Positions 20,797 to 29,328 of a stretch of DNA of 64,000 nt are shown here, piece after piece (within the stretch, counting starts at the first letter, position 1; each line of letters starts with the position of its first letter). Origin of the DNA: Deltaproteobacteria bacterium (GTDB lineage Bacteria > Chloroflexota > Dehalococcoidia > Dehalococcoidales > BS750m-G39). The DNA lies in the NCBI GenBank assembly GCA_030603275.1, contig JAUVYB010000005.1, positions 13,928 through 77,927 of the forward strand. Direction: 5' to 3'. The position numbers and the translations under genes are program-made. The notes beneath the pieces are model-generated. The model was given only the letters and a program-made list of their open reading frames with translations, was not told where the DNA came from and did no database searches.

Positions 20797-21729
20797 TTAA
20801 CTTCCACCTCTGGTTTTTAACATGTCTTTGCCCTGTATTATATCCTCGGCTATCTGCTCTTTTAGCTGCTCCGGGGTATCAAACTTTTTTTCGTCACGGA
20901 GGCGCCCGATGATATCTATTGCCAGCTCCCGCCCGTAGAGGTCGCCGTTATAGTCAAGGAGGTAGACTTCGACCAACCGCTGGCCGCCGCCGAAAGTAGG
21001 ACGGTGGCCGATGTTGGTCATGGCGGAGTAGGTCTGGCCGTCAATATGAGCCCGGCAGGCATAGACGCCCCCGGCGGGGAGGGCCTGCCCCGGCTCTACG
21101 TCCAGATTGGCGGTGGGGAAACCCAATTCTTTGCCGCGCTTATCCCCAGTAACTACCCGTCCCTGAAGTCTAAAAGGACGTCCCAGCAGCTTTTGCGCCC
21201 GTTTCATATCGCCTTCGGCCAGTGCTTTTCTGATAGCGGTGCTGCTTACCACCTGGCCGTCTATGGTCAGCGGGGGCACCACCGTTACGCTGAAACCCAT
21301 CTCCTGTCCCAGCCGGCGCAGGGCATCAATATCGCCCTGACGATCTTTACCCAGGGCGAAGTCGGGCCCGATGACCAGCCCCTTCATTTTGAGGTATTCT
21401 TTGAGTAACTCTAGAAATTGTTTCGGGCTTAAGGAGGCTAACTGGGGGGTGAAGGGGAGGGGGAGAACGATATCGACGCCTTCGTTTTTGAGCAGGGCTA
21501 TTCTCTGTTCAAGGCCGGTAAGGGAGGGCAGTTTGGTTTGGGGTGAAAGCACCTCCCGGGGGTGCTGGCTGAAGGTTATCACACCGCTTAAACTTCCCTG
21601 CTTGCGGGCAAGCTCCTTCAGTTGAGCGATAAGGTGTTTGTGGCCCAGGTGTACCCCGTCAAAGACGCCGATGGTCAGCAACATCTCCTTCTGGGGGGAA
21701 AATTTGCCCAGCCCTTGTTCTACCGACAT
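20797..21729 (-). CDS. ribF: Bifunctional riboflavin kinase / FMN adenylyltransferase
   Basis: 310 aa. IGVFDGVHLGH, ...GFPTANL..., E.YLLD..GDLYG. Confidence 0.95.
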   Translation of the reverse strand: MSVEQGLGKFSPQKEMLLTIGVFDGVHLGHKHLIAQLKELARKQGSLSGVITFSQHPREVLSPQTKLPSLTGLEQRIALLKNEGVDIVLPLPFTPQLASLSPKQFLELLKEYLKMKGLVIGPDFALGKDRQGDIDALRRLGQEMGFSVTVVPPLTIDGQVVSSTAIRKALAEGDMKRAQKLLGRPFRLQGRVVTGDKRGKELGFPTANLDVEPGQALPAGGVYACRAHIDGQTYSAMTNIGHRPTFGGGQRLVEVYLLDYNGDLYGRELAIDIIGRLRDEKKFDTPEQLKEQIAEDIIQGKDMLKTRGGS

Positions 21730-21781
21730 AGCTTTTTATACTAGCATACCCCTATATTAGCGTCAATAAAATATAATTTTT

Positions 21782-21866
21782 GGGGTGTTTAAGAGGGGCG
21801 CCAGCCCTTCTTTTTAAAAACTATTTCCCCCTCCCTTACAAGGGAGGGGGATTAAGGGGGTGGGTT
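21782..21866. repeat. Two-hairpin composite repeat, family AB, copy 3 (inverted)
   Basis: GGGGTGTTTAAGAGGGGC-GCCA-GCCCTTCTT...CCCCCTCCC-TTACAA-GGGAGGGGGATTAAGGGGGTGGGTT. Confidence 0.8.
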
Positions 21867-21929
21867 GCTGAGCAAATAACTAAGCGGGTTAGGTTAATAA
21901 ATAACTTTCTTGTGCTATACTTGGCTTGA

Positions 21930-22001
21930 GCCAGCGTAGCTCAGGGGTAGAGCAGCGGTTTCGTAAACCGCCGGTCGTCAGTTCGAATCTGACCGCTGGC
22001 T
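21930..22001 (+). tRNA. tRNA-Thr (anticodon CGT)
   Basis: Hand-folded cloverleaf: acceptor GCCAGCG/CGCTGGC, D arm GCTC/GAGC, anticodon stem GCGGT/ACCGC with loop TTCGTAA, T arm GTCAG-TTCGAAT-CTGAC. No encoded CCA. Confidence 0.93.
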
Positions 22002-22097
22002 GTCTTTGTTTGGGGTTCTGTTGCCGACATTTTGCCGACAAACTGTCTAGCACCCGGGGGAACCCGCGAGTACAGCCAGATACAAAATTGGGCTTAT

Positions 22098-22169
22098 GCC
22101 AGCGTAGCTCAGGGGTAGAGCAGCGGTTTTGTAAACCGCCGGTCGTCAGTTCGAATCTGACCGCTGGCT
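22098..22169 (+). tRNA. tRNA-Thr (anticodon TGT)
   Basis: Identical to the previous tRNA except for one base, C34 to T34 (anticodon loop TTTGTAA). Confidence 0.93.
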
Positions 22170-23222
22170 GTCTTTGTTTTCGTAGACCTTTATTCTTCTC
22201 AGCTTGAGTATCAGGAAGACCTCTTTACCCACCGCCAGGCTCATATCCTCAAAGATGTGGTGGGGCATGCCCGCCAGCAGGTTAAGCGCCCCCGCCTTGA
22301 GCCCGATTCTGACCGTCTCGTTGGTGGGGTTGATGCTGGTTACAAGCGCCTTAAAGCGGTTTACCTCCGGCCCCGGTGGGTGGGTTTCCGAGATGTGTAT
22401 ATCGCTGGGGAGGAGGGCAATGCGGTGAACCGCCTCTCCGTCATGGGGGACGATTATGGGCAGGCCGCCGCAGCCGACCTCCATAACCCCTTTGCCTAAG
22501 CTGCGGCAGTAGTCGCAGTCCAGAATATTGGGCGCCCCGATGAAATCGGAGACCTTTTCGTTCTGGGGGTAGAAAAACACCCTTTCCGGCTTATCCACCT
22601 GCTCCAGGCAGCCGTTCTGGATAACGGCTATGCGGTCGGCCATCTCCTCGGCCTCCTGAAGGTCGTGGGTTACGTAGGCGGTGGTGATTCCCAGCCTCTG
22701 CTGGAGCTGCTTGAGCTCAGTCCTGAGGTACTTGGCGGTGGGCACATCCAGGCTGGATAAAGGTTCATCAAGGAGCAGTACTTTAGGGGATGGCGCCAGC
22801 GCCCTTGCCAGAGCCACCCGCTGTTTTTCCCCGCCGCTCAAGTTTTTGGGGTAGCGCGAGGCCAGGTGCTCTATCTTCATCATCTGGAGGAGTTGTTTTA
22901 CCCGGCTTTCAGCCTGTTGCGGCGTTTGTTTTTTGGCGGTCAGGCCGTAGGCGATATTGGCGGCGACATCAAGGTGGGGGAACAAGACTAAATCCTGAAA
23001 GAGGTAGCCCACCTCTCGCTTATTGGCGGGGAGCTTGTCCACCGCCACCCCGTCAAAGAGCACCGAGCCCCGGTAGTCGGTCAGGCCGGCGATAATGTTG
23101 ACCACGGTGGTCTTGCCGGCACCGTTGGGCCCCAGCAGCACCATTAATTCTTTGTCCCGTATCTTGAGGTTGACATCGCGGCAGATGTACTGGCATATAT
23201 TCTTTAGCTCTATAGCGGGCAT
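22146..23222 (-). CDS. ABC transporter ATP-binding protein with C-terminal TOBE-like domain
   Basis: 358 aa. Walker A GPNGAGKT, signature LSGGEKQR, Walker B LLLDEP. The roughly 120-aa C-terminal extension looks like those of ModC/CysA/WtpC. The last 24 nt are antisense to tRNA-Thr(TGT). Confidence 0.88.
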   Translation of the reverse strand: MPAIELKNICQYICRDVNLKIRDKELMVLLGPNGAGKTTVVNIIAGLTDYRGSVLFDGVAVDKLPANKREVGYLFQDLVLFPHLDVAANIAYGLTAKKQTPQQAESRVKQLLQMMKIEHLASRYPKNLSGGEKQRVALARALAPSPKVLLLDEPLSSLDVPTAKYLRTELKQLQQRLGITTAYVTHDLQEAEEMADRIAVIQNGCLEQVDKPERVFFYPQNEKVSDFIGAPNILDCDYCRSLGKGVMEVGCGGLPIIVPHDGEAVHRIALLPSDIHISETHPPGPEVNRFKALVTSINPTNETVRIGLKAGALNLLAGMPHHIFEDMSLAVGKEVFLILKLRRIKVYENKDSQRSDSN

Positions 23223-23223
23223 A

Positions 23224-23979
23224 TCATCTCCACCTGGTGGTCATTCTGGCTTCCAGGTACTGGAAAAACCTCTCGAAGGCGAGGCACATCACGGCTAATA
23301 CTATCAGGCAGACAATAATGATGTCTATGCGGATGAGGCTTTCCGCCCTCATCATCAGGGCGCCGATGCCGGTGGGTATTGCCACCATCTCGGCGGCGAT
23401 TATTACCCGCCAGGCCATACCGGCATTTAGCCTTAAGCCGGTGAAGATATTGGGCAGGGCCAGTGGCATGACCACGGTGGCTAAAATCCTGGTGTCGGAG
23501 GCCCCCAGCGTCCTGGCTACCTGTATGTATTGCTTATCCACGTTTCTGATGCCGGTGACGGTATTGTAGAGGACGGGGAAGAAGGAGCTGATAAAGATTA
23601 TGGCGATGGGAAGCATCTCGTTGATACCAACCCAGAGCATGAGCAGCGGCAGCCAGCCCAGTGCGGGGATGGGGTAAAACAGGCTGATTATGGGGTGCAA
23701 CGTCTTGTTGGCATTCTCCACCCAGCCCATCACCGTGCCCACGGCGATACCGGCTATGGAGCCGGCGCAGAAGCCGATTAGCACCCTGCCCAGGCTGGTC
23801 AGAAAATTATCACCCAGCACCCCGCTGGCGGTTAGATGGTAGAATTCCAGTACCACCACCGAGAAGGGGGGAAAAGATAGCTCGCCGGGGACTAAATTCA
23901 ATCTGGCCACCAGTTCCCAGACAGCCAGAAAGATGACTACTGGTAGCAGCCCCCACCCCGGCCTGATTTTCTTAAGCAC
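23224..23979 (-). CDS. ABC transporter permease (NitT/TauT-like)
   Basis: 251 aa, multi-pass, with an EAA-like loop (ARTLGAS..RILATVVMPLALP). Confidence 0.85.
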   Translation of the reverse strand: MLKKIRPGWGLLPVVIFLAVWELVARLNLVPGELSFPPFSVVVLEFYHLTASGVLGDNFLTSLGRVLIGFCAGSIAGIAVGTVMGWVENANKTLHPIISLFYPIPALGWLPLLMLWVGINEMLPIAIIFISSFFPVLYNTVTGIRNVDKQYIQVARTLGASDTRILATVVMPLALPNIFTGLRLNAGMAWRVIIAAEMVAIPTGIGALMMRAESLIRIDIIIVCLIVLAVMCLAFERFFQYLEARMTTRWR

Positions 23980-24986
23980 TATTGAGCCTCCAGGAAGGTC
24001 AAGTCCAGAATATCTGCGGTGTTAAAGCTGTTCTTGATGTAGCCGAGACTGGCGATGTAGTCTATGGTATCCTGGACTATCTCCGGGTCGATATCGGTGG
24101 TATATTCCAGCCTTTCCATAGACCGCAGCATCACTTCGGGGGTGATTTCCAGCCCGCTGGCGACCTCTCCTGCCTCGTTCGGGAAAACCTCACCGCCGGC
24201 GGCTTGCATCTGCCCGGCCACGACCCCGGCGGCTTCATCTGGGTGCTCATTTATCCAGTCCGTCGCCCTTTGCGATACATTGACCAACTTCTGGACGACC
24301 TCGGGGTTATTATCTATCAGCTCCTGCTTGACCACCAGCACACTGCCCTGCATATCAGGCCAGACATCCTGGCTGGTGAGCAGCATGGTAAAGCCGAGCT
24401 CTTCGGTCATGGTCGCCCACTGCTCGGGGAGAAAAGCGGCGTCCAGCTGTCCCGTCTTGATGGCCAGCACCAGTTTGGGCGGGTTCATGCGCCGGGTATT
24501 GTTTAATATTTTGTCTTCATCAAGGTTATAGTTATCTATCGTCCTGTGCATGAGCACGTCGACGGCGCCGCCTTCCCGGACGCAGCCGAGGCGGGTGCCG
24601 GGATTTTCCAGGTCCCTGACCGTTTTTATTTTGGCGGGGTCTACCACAAGTCCGTAGCCGTACTTGTGCGTACCGGCGACTATTTTTATGGGCACGCCGC
24701 CGTTGGCGTAGACATTTATCGCCGGCACCAGGCATATATAGGCAACCTCAATTTCATCCCGGGCCAGGGCTGAAGCCAGCGCCATGCCGGTTACATAGCT
24801 CTCGTAGGCGGTGAGATTTAATCCTGCCTCCTCGAACCAGCCCTTGTCCTGGCTGATGTAGGCGCCGGCGGCGTGGTCCATAAACTCCACCGCCATGCCG
24901 ATGGGTGCTTCATCCGGAGCGGGACAGCCGGCAACCGGGATTAGAGCCAGTATTCCCGCCAGAAGTGCAATAAGTAGCTTTTTCAT
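23979..24986 (-). CDS. ABC transporter substrate-binding lipoprotein (NMT1/SsuA-like)
   Basis: 335 aa. Lipobox VAGC. The overall pattern matches NMT1/THI5-like periplasmic binding proteins, recalled from memory. Confidence 0.75.
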   Translation of the reverse strand: MKKLLIALLAGILALIPVAGCPAPDEAPIGMAVEFMDHAAGAYISQDKGWFEEAGLNLTAYESYVTGMALASALARDEIEVAYICLVPAINVYANGGVPIKIVAGTHKYGYGLVVDPAKIKTVRDLENPGTRLGCVREGGAVDVLMHRTIDNYNLDEDKILNNTRRMNPPKLVLAIKTGQLDAAFLPEQWATMTEELGFTMLLTSQDVWPDMQGSVLVVKQELIDNNPEVVQKLVNVSQRATDWINEHPDEAAGVVAGQMQAAGGEVFPNEAGEVASGLEITPEVMLRSMERLEYTTDIDPEIVQDTIDYIASLGYIKNSFNTADILDLTFLEAQ

Positions 24987-25051
24987 TTTTCTCTTTCTAG
25001 ATTAAACGGTTATATTGCGTTAGATATAGCGCTGGCTAAAAAATTATTACA

Positions 25052-25435
25052 CTACTCTTCCACCTCCTTCACAAACTGTTGGAACCTGGCCTGCAACTGC
25101 CTGTACCGTTCCACTACCTTACGTCCCTCATCGGTTAACCTGGTGCGGCCTCCCCCCGGCCCGCCGGCGACCTTCTCCACCAAGGGTGACGGCGCCAGGC
25201 GGTTGGCCGCCTCCACCCAGAGCCAGGCGTTGCGGTAGCCCAGCTTCATCGAGCGGGCGGCGGCGGCGATTGAGCCGAACCTGTCAATGCGCTCCAGCAG
25301 CATCTCCCTGCCCCCTCCCATGTAAAGCTCGCCGTCTTTTTCCAGCCATATCCGCCCCCTTACCGAGTAGCCCGGCCGGGGGTGGCGGGAGAGGTGAGGC
25401 GGTTTTTTGACGGTGAATTTGGGTATCTCGGTCAT
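25052..25435 (-). CDS. ModE N-terminal-domain-like winged-helix regulator (no Mop/TOBE domain)
   Basis: 127 aa. GSIAAAARSMKLGYRNAWLWVEAANRLAPSPLVEKVAGGPGGGRTRLT parallels the ModE HTH segment. Confidence 0.7.
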   Translation of the reverse strand: MTEIPKFTVKKPPHLSRHPRPGYSVRGRIWLEKDGELYMGGGREMLLERIDRFGSIAAAARSMKLGYRNAWLWVEAANRLAPSPLVEKVAGGPGGGRTRLTDEGRKVVERYRQLQARFQQFVKEVEE

Positions 25436-25522
25436 TTTTTGGCTCTTATGAAGCGGTCAGTGTTATATTACAGGCGATATAGCCCTTTTGTCAAATGGGA
25501 TTGTGACACCACAAATTTTATC

Positions 25523-25606
25523 AACCCACCCCCTTAATCCCCCTCCCTTACAAGGGAGGGGGAAAGTATTTATAAAAGAGGGGCGTCAGCCCCTCTTAAA
25601 CACCCC
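25523..25606. repeat. Two-hairpin composite repeat, family AB, copy 4
   Basis: AACCCACCCCCTTAATCCCCCTCCC-TTACAA-GGGAGGGGG...AAGAGGGGC-GTCA-GCCCCTCTTAAACACCCC. Confidence 0.8.
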
Positions 25607-25643
25607 ACTGGGTTAACATTTTTTTTAAAAAAAGGGGGGGATG

Positions 25644-25708
25644 AAAAGGGCGTCAGCCCTTTTACCTTAAAGGGCGGCGGGTGGGAATAGATAAAAATGG
25701 GGGTGGGG
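25644..25708. repeat. G-rich repeat, family C, copy 5
   Basis: AAAAGGGC-GTCA-GCCCTTTT hairpin followed by ACCTTAAAGGGCGGCGGGTGGGAATAGATAAAAATGGGGGTGGGG. Abuts the stop of 25709..26287. Confidence 0.75.
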
Positions 25709-26287
25709 TTAGCTTATTTGAGACTGGTAATCGTCTCTGGTATTAATATCAGAGATAACGCTTGCCGAATCAACTGCCACCTTAAGGACATCATCGGGGT
25801 GCTGCCGGATTATCTCCCTCCCGCCGATATCGCCCTCCAGCTCCAGCAGCTCCGCTTTGTATTTAATGTCAAAGATAATGGGGTGGCCTCTTTTGCCCCG
25901 GTGGGTGGGGACGGCAATGCCTTTATCGTGGCTATTAAATGCGTCTATCAGCTGGTTGATAGTCCGGCTTTCCACCAGAGGCTGGTCGCCCAAAGCCAGC
26001 ATGACCGCCTGTGACTTGGGGTCAACCAGAATGAGCCCGGCAACTATGGAGGTGCTCATCCCCTGGCTGTAGTTGTGATTGAGCATTATTTTGACCGGTT
26101 TGGTGGCTATGGCCCTGGTTATTTCCTCCGCTTTATGCCCCACCACCACGATAGTCTCGTCAACCGATGAATTTAGCAGGTTGTCAATGGTCTGCTCCAG
26201 CAGGGTATGTTTGCCCAGGGGCATTAGTTGCTTGGGCTCACCCATCCGCTTTGATTCGCCGGCGGCCAGAAGTATTGCTGATAGCAT
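25709..26287 (-). CDS. MobA/MocA-like nucleotidyltransferase (molybdenum cofactor cytidylyl/guanylyl-transferase family)
   Basis: Start chosen at MLSAILLAAGESKRMG (26287), which removes the overlap with the upstream XRE gene. Typical NTP_transf_3 N-terminus. Confidence 0.75.
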   Translation of the reverse strand: MLSAILLAAGESKRMGEPKQLMPLGKHTLLEQTIDNLLNSSVDETIVVVGHKAEEITRAIATKPVKIMLNHNYSQGMSTSIVAGLILVDPKSQAVMLALGDQPLVESRTINQLIDAFNSHDKGIAVPTHRGKRGHPIIFDIKYKAELLELEGDIGGREIIRQHPDDVLKVAVDSASVISDINTRDDYQSQIS

Positions 26288-26300
26288 TGGCTGCTTTCTA

Positions 26301-26684
26301 TCAGGACGGCTCTTTTTGGCTACTGTTCTGGGCAATGCTCTTAAGAATGCTCAAGATGCCGATGATAGCGCGCTGGGTTTCTATCGGTTCTCTTGACAGC
26401 ATCTTGGCCACGTAAGGGTCCAGCCCCTCCTGGCTCTCGCTCCCGAGAGGGGTGCCGGGTGAGAGATAGCCAGCCAGCATGAACAGCTCGTCCTCGTCAA
26501 AACCGAGGGGTCTGGCTATCTTGCGCAGGATACTGGCCGAGGGGAAACGCTCTCCCCGTTCGATTCTGCCCAGGTGTGATGCCGATACGCCGGCCCTGGC
26601 GGCGAGCTCCCGCAGGGTCAACGGCACCATAACCCTCTGCCTCTTGATTATGGTACTAAGGTTAGTTCCAGTAGTAGTATCCAT
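26301..26684 (-). CDS. XRE-family helix-turn-helix transcriptional regulator
   Basis: 127 aa. LTLRELAARAGVSASHLGRIERGERFPS. Confidence 0.8.
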   Translation of the reverse strand: MDTTTGTNLSTIIKRQRVMVPLTLRELAARAGVSASHLGRIERGERFPSASILRKIARPLGFDEDELFMLAGYLSPGTPLGSESQEGLDPYVAKMLSREPIETQRAIIGILSILKSIAQNSSQKEPS

Positions 26685-26744
26685 GGCTTAGATTGTGCTT
26701 CGCCTGGTGACAAAAGTCAAGCCCTTTTCCTATTTTGTTCATAA

Positions 26745-27770
26745 CTAATCTATTTTTAAGACGGCCGCACCCTGGATTTTGCCTTTTTTGAGCAAAATTA
26801 GTGCCTCGTTGGCCTCTTCCAGCTTGAATTCCTGTACCTCGGGGATAATGGGAATCCGGGCGGCCAGGGGCAGAAACTCCAGAACGTCACGCCGGGTGAT
26901 ATTGGCCACGCTTTTTATCTCTTTTTCGCACCAGAGATGGCCTGAGTAATCTAATCCCAAAAGGGATTCTTTATCCTTTTCTTCCTTGCTGATGGCGTTT
27001 ATGACCAGCCTGCCCCCGTTTTCCAGAGCCTTTAAGGCGGCCACTACCGGGCTCCAGGCCGGGGTAAAGTCAATGGCGCAGTTGAGGCTGGCGGGTGGGG
27101 TCTCCCCGGTGGCCCCGGTCCAATCGGCGCCCAGTTTTTTGGCCAGAGCCTGGTGCTCTTTCTGCCCCGGCCGGGTAAAGACAAAGACCTTGCCGTTGGG
27201 ATATTTATATTTGGCCAACTGGATAACGATGTGGGCTGAAGCCCCGAAGCCGAACAGCCCCAGAACCTGGCCGTCTTCCAGGGTGGTCAGCCTTAACGCC
27301 CGGTAGCCGATGGCCCCGGCGCAGAGGAGGGGGGCCGCCTGGGAATCGGTGAAACGAGCGGGAACTGGATAGGCGAAGTCCTCCGGCACCACCGTGTACT
27401 GGGCGTAGCCGCCATTGGCCTGACAGCCGGTGCCCTGAAAGTCGGGGCATAGGTTTTCCTCGCCTCCCCGGCAGAAGTGGCATTTGCCGCAGGCGGAGTG
27501 AATCCAGGCGATGCCCGCCCGGTCTCCAATGTTGAATTTGGTCGCCCCCGGCCCCGGCTTTTCCATCCGGCCGACGATTTCGTGGCCTAAGATTATGGGT
27601 AGTTTGGGCTGGAGCCTGCCTTCGATTTCGTCCAGCTCGGTGTGGCAGACGCCGCAGGCGGCGATTTTGACCAGTATTTCCCCTGCTTTGGGCTGTGGGG
27701 TGGGCAGCTCCACCAGCTCCAGGGGTCTGCTATCAATGGGGGCTGTGCGCTTTAGAATCTGCGCTTTCAT
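26745..27770 (-). CDS. Zinc-dependent alcohol dehydrogenase family protein
   Basis: 341 aa. GVCHTELDE, GHEIVG, structural Zn cysteines C..C..C.......C, Rossmann GFGASAH. Confidence 0.88.
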   Translation of the reverse strand: MKAQILKRTAPIDSRPLELVELPTPQPKAGEILVKIAACGVCHTELDEIEGRLQPKLPIILGHEIVGRMEKPGPGATKFNIGDRAGIAWIHSACGKCHFCRGGEENLCPDFQGTGCQANGGYAQYTVVPEDFAYPVPARFTDSQAAPLLCAGAIGYRALRLTTLEDGQVLGLFGFGASAHIVIQLAKYKYPNGKVFVFTRPGQKEHQALAKKLGADWTGATGETPPASLNCAIDFTPAWSPVVAALKALENGGRLVINAISKEEKDKESLLGLDYSGHLWCEKEIKSVANITRRDVLEFLPLAARIPIIPEVQEFKLEEANEALILLKKGKIQGAAVLKID

Positions 27771-27951
27771 CTTGGCCTGTTCTCCACCGCATTATACCGC
27801 TTGCGACCTGTCAATGCGAGGGGGCATTGATGTTTTTTTGATGTAAATTTGACGTTTTGCTGATGCCGTTTCTAGGCTTTTTTGATTGCTATGGTGCTAT
27901 GTTATTGGTAAGCCCGATTACGCTTCGAGGCGGGCAGAACAGGAGGTAAGC

Positions 27952-29328
27952 ATGAAAAGGAAAATTTTGGGCATGATAACCATTGTGGCAGTGATTCTGG
28001 GGGTGGTAATAGCCGTCCCGGCGGTCGCGGCGGATGTTACGGTGAGTATAGACGCCCCGGCGCAGGTATCCCCCGCCAGCGATTTCACCGTTAATATTAA
28101 TATCACGGAGGTGACCGACTTTGACGCCTGTAACTATGATGTTTCTTTTGACGCCTCGGTGCTGAGGCTGGATAACGTCACCTCCGGGCTGATAGGCTCA
28201 ACCGCGATACCGGTTGATGTCTATAACGAGATTAGCGCCGGCACCTACCGGGTTATTCAGAATGTCCCCGGTATCTCAGGGGTATCCGGTACCGGCTACC
28301 TGGGGGTGCTGAGCTTTCATGTCCTTGGCGCTGAGGGCGACAGCAGCACCATAACTTTCTCCAACGGCGTGATTGCCAGCAGCCTGGCCGAGGAGATAAC
28401 GGCCACCTGGGTGGGCGGCTCGGTGGAGGTGACGGTGACGCCGGTGGCGGTTAGTATAGACGCCCCGGCTGAAGTCAGCCCCGCCAGCGATTTCACCGTT
28501 AACGTCAATATCGGCGATATTACCGACTTCGATGCCGTTAGCTTTGACGTCTCCTTTGATACCCTGGTGCTGCGGCTGGATGATGTAACCGCCGGGCTGA
28601 TAGGCGCAACCGCGATACCGGTGGATATCTATAGCGAGGTTGAGGTGGGGACATGGCGGGTTGTCCAGAACGTGCCCGGTGTAACCGGCGTGACCGGCTC
28701 CGGGTATCTGGCGGTTTTGCACTTCCATGTTATCGGCGCTGACGGCGACGGCAGCGCTATAAGCCTGTCCAACGGCGTGCTTTCCAATAACCTGGCCGAG
28801 GAGATAACGGCCACCTGGACCGGTGATTCGGTGACTATTGCCGATAACACCGCGCCGGTGGTGACCATAACGCCGTTTACCCCCGACCCGACCGATAACA
28901 CCACCCCGACCTTAACCGGCACCGCCACCGATGAATCTAATATAAGCACGGTGGAGTACAAGGTTGATGACGGCATCTGGACGGCGGCGACGGCCAGTGA
29001 CGGCGCCTTTGACAGCCCCAGCGAGAGTTATACCTTTACCACGGCCGCCCTTTCCGAGGCAGAGCATACGGTATACGTCCGGGCTACCGATTCGGCGGGT
29101 AACACTACCGCCGAGGTCGATTACGCCAGTGACAGCTTTACCGTGCAGACGGTGGCACCTGGAGACGCCAACGGTGACGGCACCGTTAATGTCCTTGATA
29201 TCACCAGGGTGGAGAGGGCGATAGCCGCCCTTGATCCTGAAACCCCCGGCTCTGATGCCAATCAGGACGGCGTGATTAACGTGCTGGATATTACCCGGAT
29301 AGAGAGGATGATTGCTGGCCTGGGTTAG
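27952..29328 (+). CDS. Secreted/anchored protein: 2 cohesin-like domains + Ig-like domain + C-terminal dockerin
   Basis: Start at MKRKILGMITIVAVILG (AGGAGG lies 6 nt upstream). Two ~136-aa repeats follow the cohesin pattern (F.VN.NI...TDFDA..(Y/F)DVSFD..VLRLD.VT.G). C-terminal duplicated DANGDGTVNVLDITRVERAIA / DANQDGVINVLDITRIERMIA. Confidence 0.75.
   Translation: MKRKILGMITIVAVILGVVIAVPAVAADVTVSIDAPAQVSPASDFTVNINITEVTDFDACNYDVSFDASVLRLDNVTSGLIGSTAIPVDVYNEISAGTYRVIQNVPGISGVSGTGYLGVLSFHVLGAEGDSSTITFSNGVIASSLAEEITATWVGGSVEVTVTPVAVSIDAPAEVSPASDFTVNVNIGDITDFDAVSFDVSFDTLVLRLDDVTAGLIGATAIPVDIYSEVEVGTWRVVQNVPGVTGVTGSGYLAVLHFHVIGADGDGSAISLSNGVLSNNLAEEITATWTGDSVTIADNTAPVVTITPFTPDPTDNTTPTLTGTATDESNISTVEYKVDDGIWTAATASDGAFDSPSESYTFTTAALSEAEHTVYVRATDSAGNTTAEVDYASDSFTVQTVAPGDANGDGTVNVLDITRVERAIAALDPETPGSDANQDGVINVLDITRIERMIAGLG
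28036..28839 (+). repeat. Tandem ~408-nt duplication encoding the two cohesin-like domains
   Basis: The units start at 28036 and 28444. About 80% nucleotide identity by eye over the aligned stretches. Confidence 0.8.

Noticed and set aside
21926-22207. 93-aa plus-strand ORF with an internal repeat (QRSSGVEQRF.KPPVVSSNLTAGCLC twice)
   Set aside because: It is simply the translation of the two near-identical tRNA-Thr genes and their spacer. The repeat reflects the tRNA duplication, not a protein.
25697-26014. 105-aa plus-strand ORF starting in the repeat region
   Set aside because: It begins inside the family C repeat and runs antisense to the mocA-like gene. No motif supports it.
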